A stretch of DNA of 62,444 nucleotides, the filler included, from Asterionella formosa (taxonomy: Eukaryota): NCBI GenBank assembly GCA_002256025.1. It is 11 parts of 11 records of this genome, joined end to end, with 100 filler letters (N's around TTAATTAATTAA, not from the genome) between each part and the next. Parts side by side here need not be neighbours in the genome. Positions count along the whole stretch, not along the records: positions 34,152 to 39,735 come from NKIB01013005.1; positions 39,836 to 45,420 come from NKIB01013006.1; positions 45,521 to 51,097 come from NKIB01013007.1; 8 more parts are not named here. One strand, given 5' to 3'. Of the stretch, positions 36,840 through 49,101 are shown piece after piece. The notes beneath the pieces are model-generated. The model ran no database searches. It worked only from the letters and a program-made list of their open reading frames with translations, and was not told where the DNA came from. The first letter of the stretch is position 1. Each line of letters starts with the position of its first letter. A program made the translations under genes and the position numbers.

Positions 36840-38454
36840 AAGTAAACCATGATTCCTGGGAGGTAAATCATATTAACGCAAGCCACAAAGTGGTGATCCA
36901 TCCCCATCTCCCCCCGATCATCCTTCTTCCTTCTTATCAGTTGTTTTGTGAATGGGCAGGGAAATTCTATTTGGCTAGTAAAGTAATATGAAATATTATG
37001 TATTCGTTCGATAAAAAAGAAACTCTGTTACTAGATTATTATTTGTTGAGGATAAACGACTAAGTGTATAAGTAAAATTTGTCTGAGGATTCCTCAACTG
37101 AATGATTTACTTGTGGTATTTTACTGTCAAACAAAGATAAAATTGCTACCTGGTACTGTCCAGCGATGAAGATGACTATGTATTTTATACCGAATATTGA
37201 AAGGAAATTCACATGCATTGTCTTCAATCCTCACGCTTGTACACGCGGGAAAAAGGTATAGAGCAGCACGGTGATTTGTACCAGGTACCAGACTAGCAGA
37301 AATTGCCTAAGAAGAATAGACAAAAGCTATATCTGAGTATGAGAGAAAATGAAGCTTTAGGTTATGTAGGACGGTACTCGCCAGTATCATAGGAAGGCTA
37401 AAATTCTTTGTAGTCGCGTCTTTGAGGCTCGAAAACTAATCCATGTAAAAATGCGGACTAGCAATGTGTTCGAGTTTATCGAGGACTCAATCCTGGGTAC
37501 CAGTACCAGTTCTGGCACCAGGCACAAGGTGAAGAGTTGAGATTATGGTACCTGGTACCACGTACCACCTAAAAACTGCTTTGAACCTCTATCGAAATTT
37601 TTTTACCACTTTGAACCACCATATGTAGAATAACACGTTTTGTCAGGAATTTCTGATAGTTTACAATCTGAAACGATCCGTCTGTAGCTGAGCATGTAGC
37701 GCTTCTCTGAACACTGGTAAATACAGGTACCCTGGTACCTGGTACCAGTACTGTTTCTGAAATTTGTTTGCATCAATTTTTTCCACGTCCATTGGAACTA
37801 ATTATTTAGACCATTCAATTGGTGTAATGGTCGTTCTTATCATTTTCGATTTGGTATCATTTTTTTTGAAAAAGTATCATGTAACGGCTGCTCGATTTAA
37901 ACCGAAAAAATCCATTCTCCACAAAAATAAAAATGAAATTGTATCACCAAAAAGTATCACGAAAATTCAACGGAAACAGGCTGGTTACAATCATGTGCAT
38001 ATCCCTCCAGGCTTCCCTCCAGACTTTTTCGATAATTTTCCATTACTAAAACCATTTTGGAAAACTACGCGAATTATGTACCAGCATAGAATATATAGCT
38101 GACATACCTGCCAAATTCTTGATTTGCCATGAGTCAACACAGACATGCAAGATCATCTATACACTTCTTCTTACACTTCCGCTTGCCATCGTCCCCTTTC
38201 AGGTTTACAAGCAATCAGCACCATGTCATCATTGTCACTGCACAATGATGAACAAGTGGATCAACATTGGACTGAAGGTGCCATGAATATCAATGAAATA
38301 TGATAGTATTATACAGTGGATAGGATCTAAGTATACGGATGCGTTGATATGTACATCACTATAATATGATTTGTGATATGGATTGATGCATATCACATCC
38401 CGGTATCCTCAACAACCAGCCATCACGTTAATTGTTGTGTCGTCTTTCTTTGTT

Positions 38455-38831
38455 TTAGCTATATATATGCTCAGATCCGTTCCATTGCAAATCTTCCTTC
38501 AATAGGTCAAACTCGTCATCCTTGAGCATTTGCCTTCCAGCAGTGGCATCGTAGGACTGAAGCGCATCTAGAAAGATACACTCCTTTTCGGCTACTGTGA
38601 GACGAATGAGTTCCCCACTTTCCGGATCGACGACACAGTATTCCTCGTCAGGACAACTTTCGTTTTTGCTTGATTCCTATGGGGAAAGATGGAAGTAAGA
38701 ATTTTTATTTACTCATAAATAGTTACTAACAAAATGGTTATTTGTTTTTAATCAAGTACAGCCATTTGCAAATAACCGGACGCTGGTGTCGTTTCTTTTG
38801 CTCCATCGACCGAGTCGGACAGAAGTGTCAT
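38455..38831 (-). pseudogene. PGRL1: Truncated PGRL1-like (PGR5-like 1) fragment, two exons (38831-38760, 38676-38455)
   Basis: Manual translation EEYCVVDPESGELIRLTVAEKECIFLDALQSYDATAGRQMLKDDEFDLLKEDLQWNGSE matches the PGRL1 motif E..FL.ALQ..Y.....M...EFD.LKE.L.W.GS; 83-nt GT-AG intron; stop 4 codons later; absent from the ORF track. Confidence 0.75.
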
Positions 38832-39139
38832 GTTTATGTCAGTTCTTGTCACATCTCTTCGTTTCAACTCCTCTTATTCGAAACCGTTTGATACGGCGGG
38901 ATACAACCTTCCTCGCTGTTTCCCAAGTCCAATGGTACCACCAGAATGCAGCAAAGTTTTCTTCCCATTCATGATCCTTGGTACTTCGTCATGTTGTGGC
39001 ATTCTACCCCCTGCTCCATAACCACAGCCACCCTGTCGCGGGCCGTTGCAACGCACGATAATGGGTGATGCACCAAATTTTTCCGGTATAATAGAGGAGG
39101 GGGGGGCAGCGCTTTGACTTTCACAGCCTCTCTAAGAGC

Positions 39140-39336
39140 ATCGCCACCGCATCGACCAAATACCAAGCCAATTGAAGTTGCGGGTCATTACACGTCATGA
39201 TGCGTTGTTTTGGTCGAAAAAGCAAAAATATTTTAGCCACCGCATCGACCAAGACCAAATATGCTTTGGTCTTGATCGAGGATGACCCCCTTATCGACCA
39301 AATATCTGGTATTTGGTCGATTAGACTCCGACTGTA
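39140..39336 (-). mobile_element. Single end of a Tc1/mariner-type MITE-like element
   Basis: Ends ...GACTCCGACTG|TA; repeated TCGACCAA/TTGGTCGA motifs forming palindromes. Confidence 0.45.
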
Positions 39337-40964
39337 GCCAAATAAAAGGAGCATTTCTATTGGTTTAGATTGTGGTTCGCGCCGGCAACATAACGTCAAC
39401 TGTTTCATTGATCCACAAACGCTTACAATACACATTTACCTTACTCTCTTGATGTAGACAAATAATAAATTTAAGTACAAAAACCTTTGAATAATACCGG
39501 CAGCTATCTATAAAATATTGTCCTTCGAGTCTTCGACGATCCCAGTAGGATATCGTCATCCATTGTTGTCAAAGCAGGATGCTACGTGAGAAGGAGCAGC
39601 AGGAGAGCAGGAGCCGCAGGAGCAGCAGGAGCAGCAGCCAACGAGGATGATTCATTGTCGGTTTCAGACAGAACCAAAGTTGGATTATTTTGGCGCTGTC
39701 AAGAGCAACAATCGATAGCGATATGCGAGTTTCGTNNNNNNNNNNNNNNNNNNNNNNNNNNNNNNNNNNNNNNNNNNNNTTAATTAATTAANNNNNNNNN
39801 NNNNNNNNNNNNNNNNNNNNNNNNNNNNNNNNNNNTTTATTTGCTTGCTATTTTTGCTATTATATCACCAAGCGAGGGATAACTCATGATATGTCATGCT
39901 TTTGTTTTCAACATTCATTTAACATTTGAACAGGCCTTTTCAGAAAAGCAGTGTTCTTTGGAAAGTAGGAGTGATAGCAGATGAAATGACACAATATAGA
40001 GACCTGCAATGGAAGCCTTCAAGGTGAGCTGAATCTTCAGTTTTCATAATTGTATCAGAATAGCGAGCGATAAATCACATGGTTCTGTTATTGTTCTCTA
40101 CATTTATTTTACATTTAAGCCGTCCATTTCACAACAGGAGCCATCTTTTTTAATGCATCAGTGAGTTGTGGTGCTGCCTGGTGGCTGGCTAATACCGGTG
40201 TTCTGCTGTCAATTTGACTGCTCTGTGAAACAGTTGAATAGCACATGTGTGTGTTGCTTTCTGCTGTTGCTAGTTCTATTAAATGAATAACTGACACACT
40301 GTTCTTTTGTAAATCTTTGCAGGTCAATGAAGAAGTCATTTCAAGGAAAGGGAGGAAGCCAGTGTGATACATTCCTGTTGCGATTTTGCAGCATGCTGAT
40401 GCCTTTTCAAGAATGAATAATTTTTTCATTAAGAATGAACGGTTTCTGTTTGTCTTGCATTGTCCTTACAGACATCTCATGATGCCTGCCTTTTCAAGAC
40501 TGAAGATGCCATTCTGAAAGAACTGTTCTGTTTGATTGCATATCGACATTTGGTTCCCATGTAATGTGAAATACCAGCAGTTGAATTAGAAATCAAAATA
40601 TTTGATTGTACTTTTAAATTACGTAAACAAATTTAATACATTATGTGAACTATATTATAGAATTACGTCAACAAAATTATAAGGCAATGTGAACTAAATT
40701 ACAGAATTAAGTGAAGTATTTCAAATAATTTTGTAAAGTAATTCAAATAATTACGTGAAGTATTTCAAATAATCACATAATATAGTGATGATCAGGAATG
40801 CATGCATGATACTCTGATCAAATAATTAATGTGATGTATTCAGATAATATATAGATATATTCAAGTAAGCATTTTGATGTATTCAACTAATTCATGTGAT
40901 CCATTCAAAATCAACTAGGCTTATTTACGTGATGGTCACTTCACGTGATATGCGGCTTACATGT

Positions 40965-41589
40965 AGCAAATGAACTGGATGATCATGAAATAACTGTGCT
41001 GCGCTAACTGGGTGTAATTCTTGGGGTTTAGTAGAAGAGGTTGGTGAACTTTTGCGTCTTCCTCGTGAATGATCAGACTGAGTTGTCAATACTACTTGTG
41101 CCGGGACCTTTCTATCTTCCAATTGACGGTGTCCTGTGCTTGTTGCTTTATTCCTGTCACACGATTCTGCCGATCCACTAGGCACTCGATCCACTGACGA
41201 CAATGGCGCTCGCTTCATTTTCATGTTCTCTTGATGAAAGCGATACCTCTGTTCAAGGGGAGTGTCTCGACTGGGCTGATGCTGTCTTGATGAGCTTCCT
41301 GAACCAGCAACAGGAGGGGGACTGAGGGGCCTTACAACATGTCGTCGTGTTTGGTCACTTTGTCGATGATCATTCTCTGACTGACTCAAAGTTCTGGTGC
41401 GATGAATTCGTACCTCCTCTTCCAAACGGCTGCTAAATCTGGCGCTTTTACTATGAGCCTGCTGCTTGATATCATCCAGTGACGAAATGGATGGCTTGGA
41501 CCTTGCTCTACCTTCAATGACAGCATAGAGATCAACGAACGACTCCTCGTCAGAATCCAAGTCTTGGATATCCTCATAAGTAGTAGCAA
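40965..41589 (-). pseudogene. Inverted partial duplicate of the gene at 43908-45251
   Basis: Colinear with the revcomp of 43984-44605, scattered substitutions and one 3-nt indel; frame still open (ORF 40925-41593). Confidence 0.92.
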
Positions 41590-43907
41590 TCATCCCAATA
41601 AGTCGTGTGTTTTCTTAATATCTAAACAAATATTATTTTCATGATCCCAATCAACAAAAGCGAAATGAGGGGTTGATCACTGCATTTCGATTTTCAACTT
41701 CGATATATTGACGAATCTTGGCTGCAATGGTACACCATTTCAGTCTTAGGCTTTATGAGAAAGCTTAAATCTGGATAATCTGGATGCTTCCAAGATTTGA
41801 CAAGAAATGAAGAAGGTGAAAATCGCAAATTTTGTCGATTTCATAATTTCGGAGATTCACCACCACTCACATGTCTGTTCGTAGAAACCTTCACAGGCTT
41901 TGCTCTCCCTGCTGTGATCACAAGAACACGGTTAAGCCAGTTGTAAATATGCACAGGGAACATTGCTAGATCACGCACCATAAAAATTGAATCATCACAC
42001 ATCACCTGAATCATCGTCGTTGTCATTGTCATCTTTGTCATCCTTGTCAACTGTCATCTTGTTTGTATTGTATTGTATTGTATTGTTGGATGTCTCACAA
42101 CATCAGACTAGTTGATTGTTGGGATTATGTACTAGCTAGTAGCAGCTTGGAGGTGAGGGAGGGAAGCAATTGTCTGTTTTCCCTCATGTGGCAAACAAAC
42201 CAAGACACCGCCCCCTATTCCCCCATGTGACAACCAGCAGACCAGATATTGAAGCACATATTTGTCTACCAGAATCTCACTCCAGCATTCCAATTCCATA
42301 CCTCGCCCATCTTGCGGAAGCAACTGTAACAACAGTACGAGGAATGGCTTGACTTACAAGAAAACTGGCATATTCTTGAAAGTCCAAGAAACATCGCTCC
42401 TGCAGGGCGGACATCAGCAATCAGGCAAGGAACCAAATTGCGGAGATATCGAGAAACATTTCACACAATGGAGCATCAAGGGCAGCAGGACAGGGGAAGG
42501 AACCTGCTGGGCGAACATCAGCAATCAGACAAGGAACCAAATGGTGGAGATTTCAAGAAAAACTACAACCAGATGAGCATCAAGGACAGGGGAACGAACA
42601 ACCAGGTATTTCAATGTACAGGTGTAGTGATGGAGGTGTCATGGGGAATTGCAATTGTCAGATGGATTGTTTGGGGATCAAGTTTTGAAACTGCCATTGC
42701 ATGCGAATTGCCTAGCAAATGGCCTACAGATCTTTCAGATCATCAAAGTGCTGCTAAACATATGCTACTAGTATCAAATCATTAATGCCTATTGGTTTTC
42801 ATCATTTTACCTGTTGTTCATTAGTTCATCAATGCAGCCAAAAGTACTACCACCCTTGTCAATCAGCTGCTTGATATCATATCATTGCTTGTGGTTTTCT
42901 CCAGCTATATTGTTCTTGAGTGACATCTTAGTGGCCAAATTTAGAAAGGATTGGTAATGTAAGGGACTATGGGCATTTGTTGATAGACCCTAATGTAAAT
43001 TCGGTGAAACTCGAAAAAGCATTTTTATCTATTTGGAAAAACAGGCTTAAACAACCCGGAAAATAACAACGTTTGACTACGCCGAAGGTTGCATGTAATT
43101 TGAACCGGAAAATGTCGTGGGAGTCAAATTGCCCACGGAGAAATGTTGTTAAGTATCACGATAACTATATTTAAGCCAGCAGGGGAATTACTATACAATA
43201 CCAGGCACCAGGTACCTGGTATCAGGCGTACCAGGGTACGGTTAGTCCCGGTTTACTGCTGGTAAACATTTATTTTCCTTGCCCGAAATGTCAGGGATGA
43301 TAGAAATCGTCATCGACATCCTGAACAACGTTTACTTTGTCGTCGAATGTTTAGGATGCTTCGATTCTGATGTCTCTATGGATGAAGGAATGTTCTTCTC
43401 CTGGTGACCCTGTCTTGCTGTACAGGTACCCTGGTACCAGGTACCAGGTACCCGGATAACAAATATCAAGATTTTACTTCTAGTTAGTCGATGTGAGCAA
43501 AGGATGCCCGGTTGATCATTAAAATAATAACAATTTGTGATTGGTAGATGGTCGTAAAATGGGTATCCCTCGGGGTCATCTGAGAGCAAAGAACCAATGC
43601 ACCGTCAGTTCTGCAGTTCAACCAGCAAGTTGCATTCCATCATCATCATGCGAATTGCTCAGGACTCAGGACTGATGATCAAGGTATGCTGGTATATCAA
43701 AGAACATTGCTATTGTTCCGATATTTTCTCCGAAGTCACAAGAATGCTGCAACCCAGCCAACGTTGATGGCTGAAGCAAAATTTACGGCCTAAATCAATG
43801 TGATTTTATTTTGTTCCTCCGTGTCGTTACGATACGCTCCACCTAAACACATAATTTTTGTGTGCAATAATAATTGAATCAGTTGTTAAAGACACATCAA
43901 TACAAAC

Positions 43908-45251
43908 ATGGCAATTTCAAAGCAAACCGAATGTATGAGACTGGACGACGACGATCAAAGGTCGATGGAAAGTATCATCAAGCTTGCTACTGCTTATGAG
44001 GATATCAAAGACTTGGATTCTGACGAGGAGTCGTTCGTTGATCTCTATGCTGTCATTGAAGGTAGAGCAAGGTCCAAGCCATCCATTTCGTCACTGGATG
44101 ATATCAAGCAGCAGGCTCATAGTAAAAGCGCCAGATTTAGCAGCCGTTTGGAAGAGGAGGAACGAATTCATCGCACCAGTACTGTGCTTCAGTCAGAGCA
44201 TGATCATCGACAAAGTGTCCAAACACGACGACATGTTGTAAGGTCCCACAGTCCCCCTCCTGTTGCTGGTTCAGGAAGCTCATCAAGACAGCATCAGCCC
44301 AGTCGAGACACTCCCCTTGAACAGAGGTATCGCTTTCATCAAGAGAACGCGAAAATGAAGCGAGCGCCTTTGTCGTCAATGGATCGAGTGCGCAGTGGAT
44401 CGGCAGAATCGTGTGACAGGAACAAAGCAAGCACAGGACACCGTCAATTGGAAGATAGAAAGGTCCCGGCACAAGTAGTATTGACAACTCAGTCTGATCA
44501 TTCACGAGGAAGCCGCAAAAGTTCACCAACCTCTTCTACTAAACCCCAAGAATTACGCCCAGTAAGCGCAGCACAGTCCTATCATGATCGTCCAGTTCAC
44601 TTGCTTTCCATACCGTCCATACCAAGGAATCTTGGACCCCTGATACCCATCTCGGAAACCAGCTTGAAAACCTCAGACGGCAAGACTGCTACTACAACGC
44701 GGCGTCCTTTGGGTAGACCAGCAGTTCGCATCGAGAAATTGAAGGGAGACGAGGATCCTGGACCTCGACCTCGATGTGACGTTATAGTGACCACACAAGG
44801 GAGAAATGGTCTCACTATGCATCAGAGACAAGTGGCTACTACTGCTTGTGCTGCGGATAGAAATCACATCATTGGACAAAAGCAAAGTGCTTTGCGTCAA
44901 CCAAGACCTGAAAGTTCATTGAACAGTGTGGAACCAGATCCATGGGATCACACCGACGACAAGTTTATGTGTACCGACGCTACGGTAACGAGCAATTCGG
45001 ATACAAAAACGTCATCTTTGCAAGCAAAAAAGCAAACGCGAAAACTTTCGTGGCAAAGTATCACCGCCTTGAAGTCAACAACCATGCTGTCGCGTCGCGT
45101 GTCATATGATAATGCAACTGCTTGGTCAGCGACACGCAAATTGTCGTCCTCATCTCCTTGTGAGGCGCCAGCATCTGGTCTCCAACGCGAGGATGAACAA
45201 GAAATGACAGATAGTAGCAGAAAGAAGTACATGGACATGTTGTTCAGTTAA
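43908..45251 (+). CDS. Hypothetical disordered Ser/Arg-rich protein (447 aa)
   Basis: Long uninterrupted ORF with CAAACATGG start context; no recognised domain. Confidence 0.7.
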   Translation: MAISKQTECMRLDDDDQRSMESIIKLATAYEDIKDLDSDEESFVDLYAVIEGRARSKPSISSLDDIKQQAHSKSARFSSRLEEEERIHRTSTVLQSEHDHRQSVQTRRHVVRSHSPPPVAGSGSSSRQHQPSRDTPLEQRYRFHQENAKMKRAPLSSMDRVRSGSAESCDRNKASTGHRQLEDRKVPAQVVLTTQSDHSRGSRKSSPTSSTKPQELRPVSAAQSYHDRPVHLLSIPSIPRNLGPLIPISETSLKTSDGKTATTTRRPLGRPAVRIEKLKGDEDPGPRPRCDVIVTTQGRNGLTMHQRQVATTACAADRNHIIGQKQSALRQPRPESSLNSVEPDPWDHTDDKFMCTDATVTSNSDTKTSSLQAKKQTRKLSWQSITALKSTTMLSRRVSYDNATAWSATRKLSSSSPCEAPASGLQREDEQEMTDSSRKKYMDMLFS

Positions 45252-45520
45252 TTCATCATTGAGTAGTGGTATTCGGGGAAATCAAAAGAACTAGTAACGT
45301 AACGTAACGTAACGTAATAGTCCGAATGATGGATTTACCTAGCTTTAAATAATTGTGAGAGCTCTATGCATGGTTTCTTCAGGTAGTGGACTCAATACTA
45401 GTATAGGTGTCAGTATTCGANNNNNNNNNNNNNNNNNNNNNNNNNNNNNNNNNNNNNNNNNNNNTTAATTAATTAANNNNNNNNNNNNNNNNNNNNNNNN
45501 NNNNNNNNNNNNNNNNNNNN

Positions 45521-46311
45521 CCAACATGCAAGCCTTCATTTGTTTTTTGATAAGTTGCAACATTGGTGAAATTTGTGCAATCTTGTTTGCTACGATAGCT
45601 GGATTTCCTGAACCACTTACTGCCATGCATCTGTTGTGGGTCAACCTAGTGACTGACGGCCCACCTGCAACTGCCCTTGGATTCAATCCAGCAGCGCCTG
45701 ATCTTATGTTACAAAAACCTCGTCCCAGTGATGAGCCGATTATGACGCGATGGTTGCTGACACGATATTGCTTGACAGGATTATACGTGGGACTTGCAAC
45801 TGTTGGAATTTTTGTGGGTCACTATTTGAATCAAGACATTAGCCTTGGACAGTTGGCATCTTGGAGTCAGTGTGGAGGAAATTGGTCACCGAAGGGCGGG
45901 GCGGAGATGTGCACTGCGCTTTTTGAAGGATCGGGAAGAGCGCTGCCTCAAACACTGTCGTTGACTACTCTCGTTTGCATGGAAATGTTCAAGGCATTGT
46001 CTGCCGTTTCCGTTGATAACTCGTTGTTTCGAGTCGGACCACTGGAAAACCCTTGGTTAATTCTCGGCGTAAGTGTCCCCTTTCTGCTTCATCTCGCTGT
46101 ATTGTATAGCGCAACACTTGGTTTTCCTGGGCTTGGTGACGCATTTGGTATGGTGCCTCTATCGATTGAGAATTGGTTGTCGGTGCTTTGTTGGGCATTA
46201 CCAATTCTCGTGGTAGAGGAAATTTTGAAGGCCGTAGGTCGCTGGGTCAATGCTGAGTCAGCATTGAACGCCGCGGCCTCCAAGCAGATAGAGTTTTCGA
46301 GCTATTTATGA
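45521..46311 (+). CDS. SERCA/ECA-type (P2A) Ca2+-ATPase C-terminal part, 5' truncated
   Basis: NMQAFICFLISCNIGE, LLWVNLVTDGPPATALGFNP, RYCLTGLYVGLATVG, TLVCMEMFKALSAVS. Confidence 0.92.
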
Positions 46312-46538
46312 ATGCTATAATAGAGTTTCATTGGCATTTCAGGTATATATCTACAAGGGAAAGCGAACTATTAGTCTAGGATACTTCTGTTCTGTCATGG
46401 TGTGGATTGTGACCCATTTATTCAATATAAACTGTATGTCACTGTATCTTAGCAGTTGGAAAAAATGCAAAAGCTTACTTTATTATATTAAGGAACGACA
46501 ATTGAAGCCAAATGGCGCTCTTGCTCACACAAAAGATA

Positions 46539-47267
46539 TTACAAAGTGGCAACCAGTGGAGGGACAACAATGACCGCAACCACACCGGTAATCAGGGTTC
46601 CCACGACCACGCCGTGTTTGGCATTTTGCCACATGTGGAAGCGTTTAACATCTCTTGCTCGCTTCTTGAAAACATGAGACACTTGCTCCATTTTTGATGC
46701 CTTGTCGCCTAGAGCATCAAGTTTTCCCTCATTGTCCAAGATTAATTGTATATTGTCATGCATTTGGCGTTTGCAGTTGTCAATCTTCTCGTTGACCATT
46801 GCCAGTCGTCCCATGTATGCTACTTCTTCCATTCGTTGAAGTAAGCACGGTGCAAAGGTTTCTTGACAAGCCAAGACTCCCCCGTGCTGCCATTCAAAGT
46901 CCCTCTGTCTATTATTTTCAGTCATCAAGACTATCTTCTCCAAAAACGATTGAGCTTGATCTTTCTTAACGCTGCGATCGTGTACACAGCAAACCATCCA
47001 AATGAACAAAGCACCAGTGGTCAGATCCTTCTCGTACACGTGAAACTTGGCCCCACAAAGGTCTGATTTTCGTGGCTGGTGAAACTCGAACCCTGGCGTA
47101 GCGCGCTTTTTCATCAAATCCCTGGCAACTCGTGTGACTGCACCATTGTGTGTTGTATCTTCTCCTGCCTCGGCGAGAATGATGTTATCTCGGCTTATGC
47201 AGCTCCAGAGAATACCTTGTGTGGAGCGATTGCTTCGGGTCAGGATACTTTGGTTCGTCGTTGTCAT
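46539..47267 (-). CDS. VAMP7-like longin R-SNARE
   Basis: Longin-like N-domain (ILWSCISRDNIILAE...AQSFLEKI), synaptobrevin coil (KRQMHDNIQLILDNEGKLDALGDKA...FKKRARDVKR), C-terminal TM. Confidence 0.85.
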   Translation of the reverse strand: MTTTNQSILTRSNRSTQGILWSCISRDNIILAEAGEDTTHNGAVTRVARDLMKKRATPGFEFHQPRKSDLCGAKFHVYEKDLTTGALFIWMVCCVHDRSVKKDQAQSFLEKIVLMTENNRQRDFEWQHGGVLACQETFAPCLLQRMEEVAYMGRLAMVNEKIDNCKRQMHDNIQLILDNEGKLDALGDKASKMEQVSHVFKKRARDVKRFHMWQNAKHGVVVGTLITGVVAVIVVPPLVATL

Positions 47268-48240
47268 GGTTGTTCGATTAATAAAATAAAGAGGGAGTCT
47301 ATTTAAAACGTGTATTGAGAAAATGATGGTCCCAGGTACCTACCGGTACTTCGTTTCCGCGAATATTGTGACACGGAAGAAGTTACCGGTATCATTTATA
47401 ACGTGGTCGAATCATGTGTGGGCATTACCTGATGGTATTCTCTATATTCTAGTATAGTTTGACTCATGTAGCAATCATATGCCGTTATATAAAATATTAC
47501 CGGTCTATAATAAAATAATTGCGTGACTGACGAACGTAGATCGTGTTGACTGACAAAACTTCTTTACTCTTATACGGTATATATACCGGTATATATATAT
47601 TTATATGAAGTAGTTTTTTTGCATCCTCACTCACGATAGCAGTACCTTGTACTCATGCGTACATCACATAAAGTGGTACCTGTTACAGTACACCAACGGG
47701 TAGAGAGGAAGAACACGAAGCAAAAGCACCCTGTACTCGACCAGATAACGTACAAAACTTGTAGCGCTGCACCTGTACGTAGTATACCCGGTACGCACCC
47801 TGGTCGTGATGTATTTACAAGCAAGAAGATTCGTGTGGTTGTTTTATGATGTGCTGCAACCGAACAGTATATACCGTATTATAGATGGATCTGTAGCTAA
47901 GCGCAAGGCACACATTAGGGCTATTACACCGGAAAAATCGTACTAGGAATTGGTGAAGCCATTTTGTTTGCTTTCGCCCAGAAGGTGAGTACGGTACCTG
48001 CTACCTGGTACCTGGAGTACCCGGTACCTGCGTGCGTTGTAGCCCAACATTGAAGTACGACCGGTATGCATAGACCAAGCAAGGATTTCTTGTTCTTTCA
48101 GCCAACATTTTAAGATTCAGGATCATTCGTTTGTATGTACCACCGTATGCCTTTTACGCCAGCCTCCTTTTGTTAGAGTTTTTTTGTAAATATATCGAAC
48201 TCCGTCACTGTTTCATGGACCATATCTTGTTGCCTACACC

Positions 48241-49101
48241 ATGTCCAACTCAAACATAGCCATGACAGAGCCTGACATTTATGGTCAGAGACACCCCATT
48301 GAAACAGCAGAAATGATTGAGAAGGGATTGAAGGATATTGAGACTGAACTTGCAAAGATTCCCACTGAGGACAAGGTGGGATGGGAGCAAGCCAAGCAAA
48401 AATGCCCAACCTTGACGGGCGACGATTCCAAACTCATGTTTCTTCGAGCTGAAGTCTTTAACGCAGATTTGGCAGCTGCCCGACTTTGCTCATACTGGAC
48501 CAGGCGAATCAGTCTCTTTGGTCCTGACAAGGCCTTTTCGCCATTGACACAGCAGGAAGGGCTCAAGGACGAACACATAGTTCTTGGAATGGGGTTCATG
48601 CAACTGCTGCCTGACAAAGACCCCATCGGAAGAAGTTTTTTCTTCGTTGATCCCTCCAAGCAAGATAGTACCAAGTATAGCAGAGATCAGATGATCAAAG
48701 CTGCTTGGTACCTCTTGCTCGCTGGATTAGAAAACGAGGAAGCACAGAAGAAAGGAATCGTCTTTATATCTTACCCGAGACACACTAAAGCTTCACAATT
48801 TGATAGGGTTACTGTGCAAGCGATTGTATCCAGCATCCGGAGTATTCTGCCAGTCCGTGTGGCTGCTTTTCACATTTGCCATCCACCTTTCTTCTTTGCC
48901 ATGATCTTTCCCATTGTCAAGATTTTCTTGGGAGCACGCCTTCGTAAGAGAGTGCTAGTTCATTCTGGCGGCGATGCCAAGGTATTGAAGCAAATGGAAC
49001 ATTATGGCTTGTCAAAGTACCACTTGCCAACTGAGTTGGGCGGGGACATCAAGCTGGATGTCAATAAATGGCTCACAGACCGTGTGGCCATTGGAAAATG
49101 A
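48241..49101 (+). CDS. CRAL-TRIO/Sec14 lipid-binding protein
   Basis: LMFLRAEVFNADLAAARLCSYW, LPVRVAAFHICHPP, RLRKRVLVH, LPTELGG. Confidence 0.92.
   Translation: MSNSNIAMTEPDIYGQRHPIETAEMIEKGLKDIETELAKIPTEDKVGWEQAKQKCPTLTGDDSKLMFLRAEVFNADLAAARLCSYWTRRISLFGPDKAFSPLTQQEGLKDEHIVLGMGFMQLLPDKDPIGRSFFFVDPSKQDSTKYSRDQMIKAAWYLLLAGLENEEAQKKGIVFISYPRHTKASQFDRVTVQAIVSSIRSILPVRVAAFHICHPPFFFAMIFPIVKIFLGARLRKRVLVHSGGDAKVLKQMEHYGLSKYHLPTELGGDIKLDVNKWLTDRVAIGK

Noticed and set aside
41870..42790. Possible LTR or retroelement remnant with a short internal duplication (aaggaaccaaat...gagcatcaagg)
   Set aside because: No paired LTR, TSD or coding motif to support a call.
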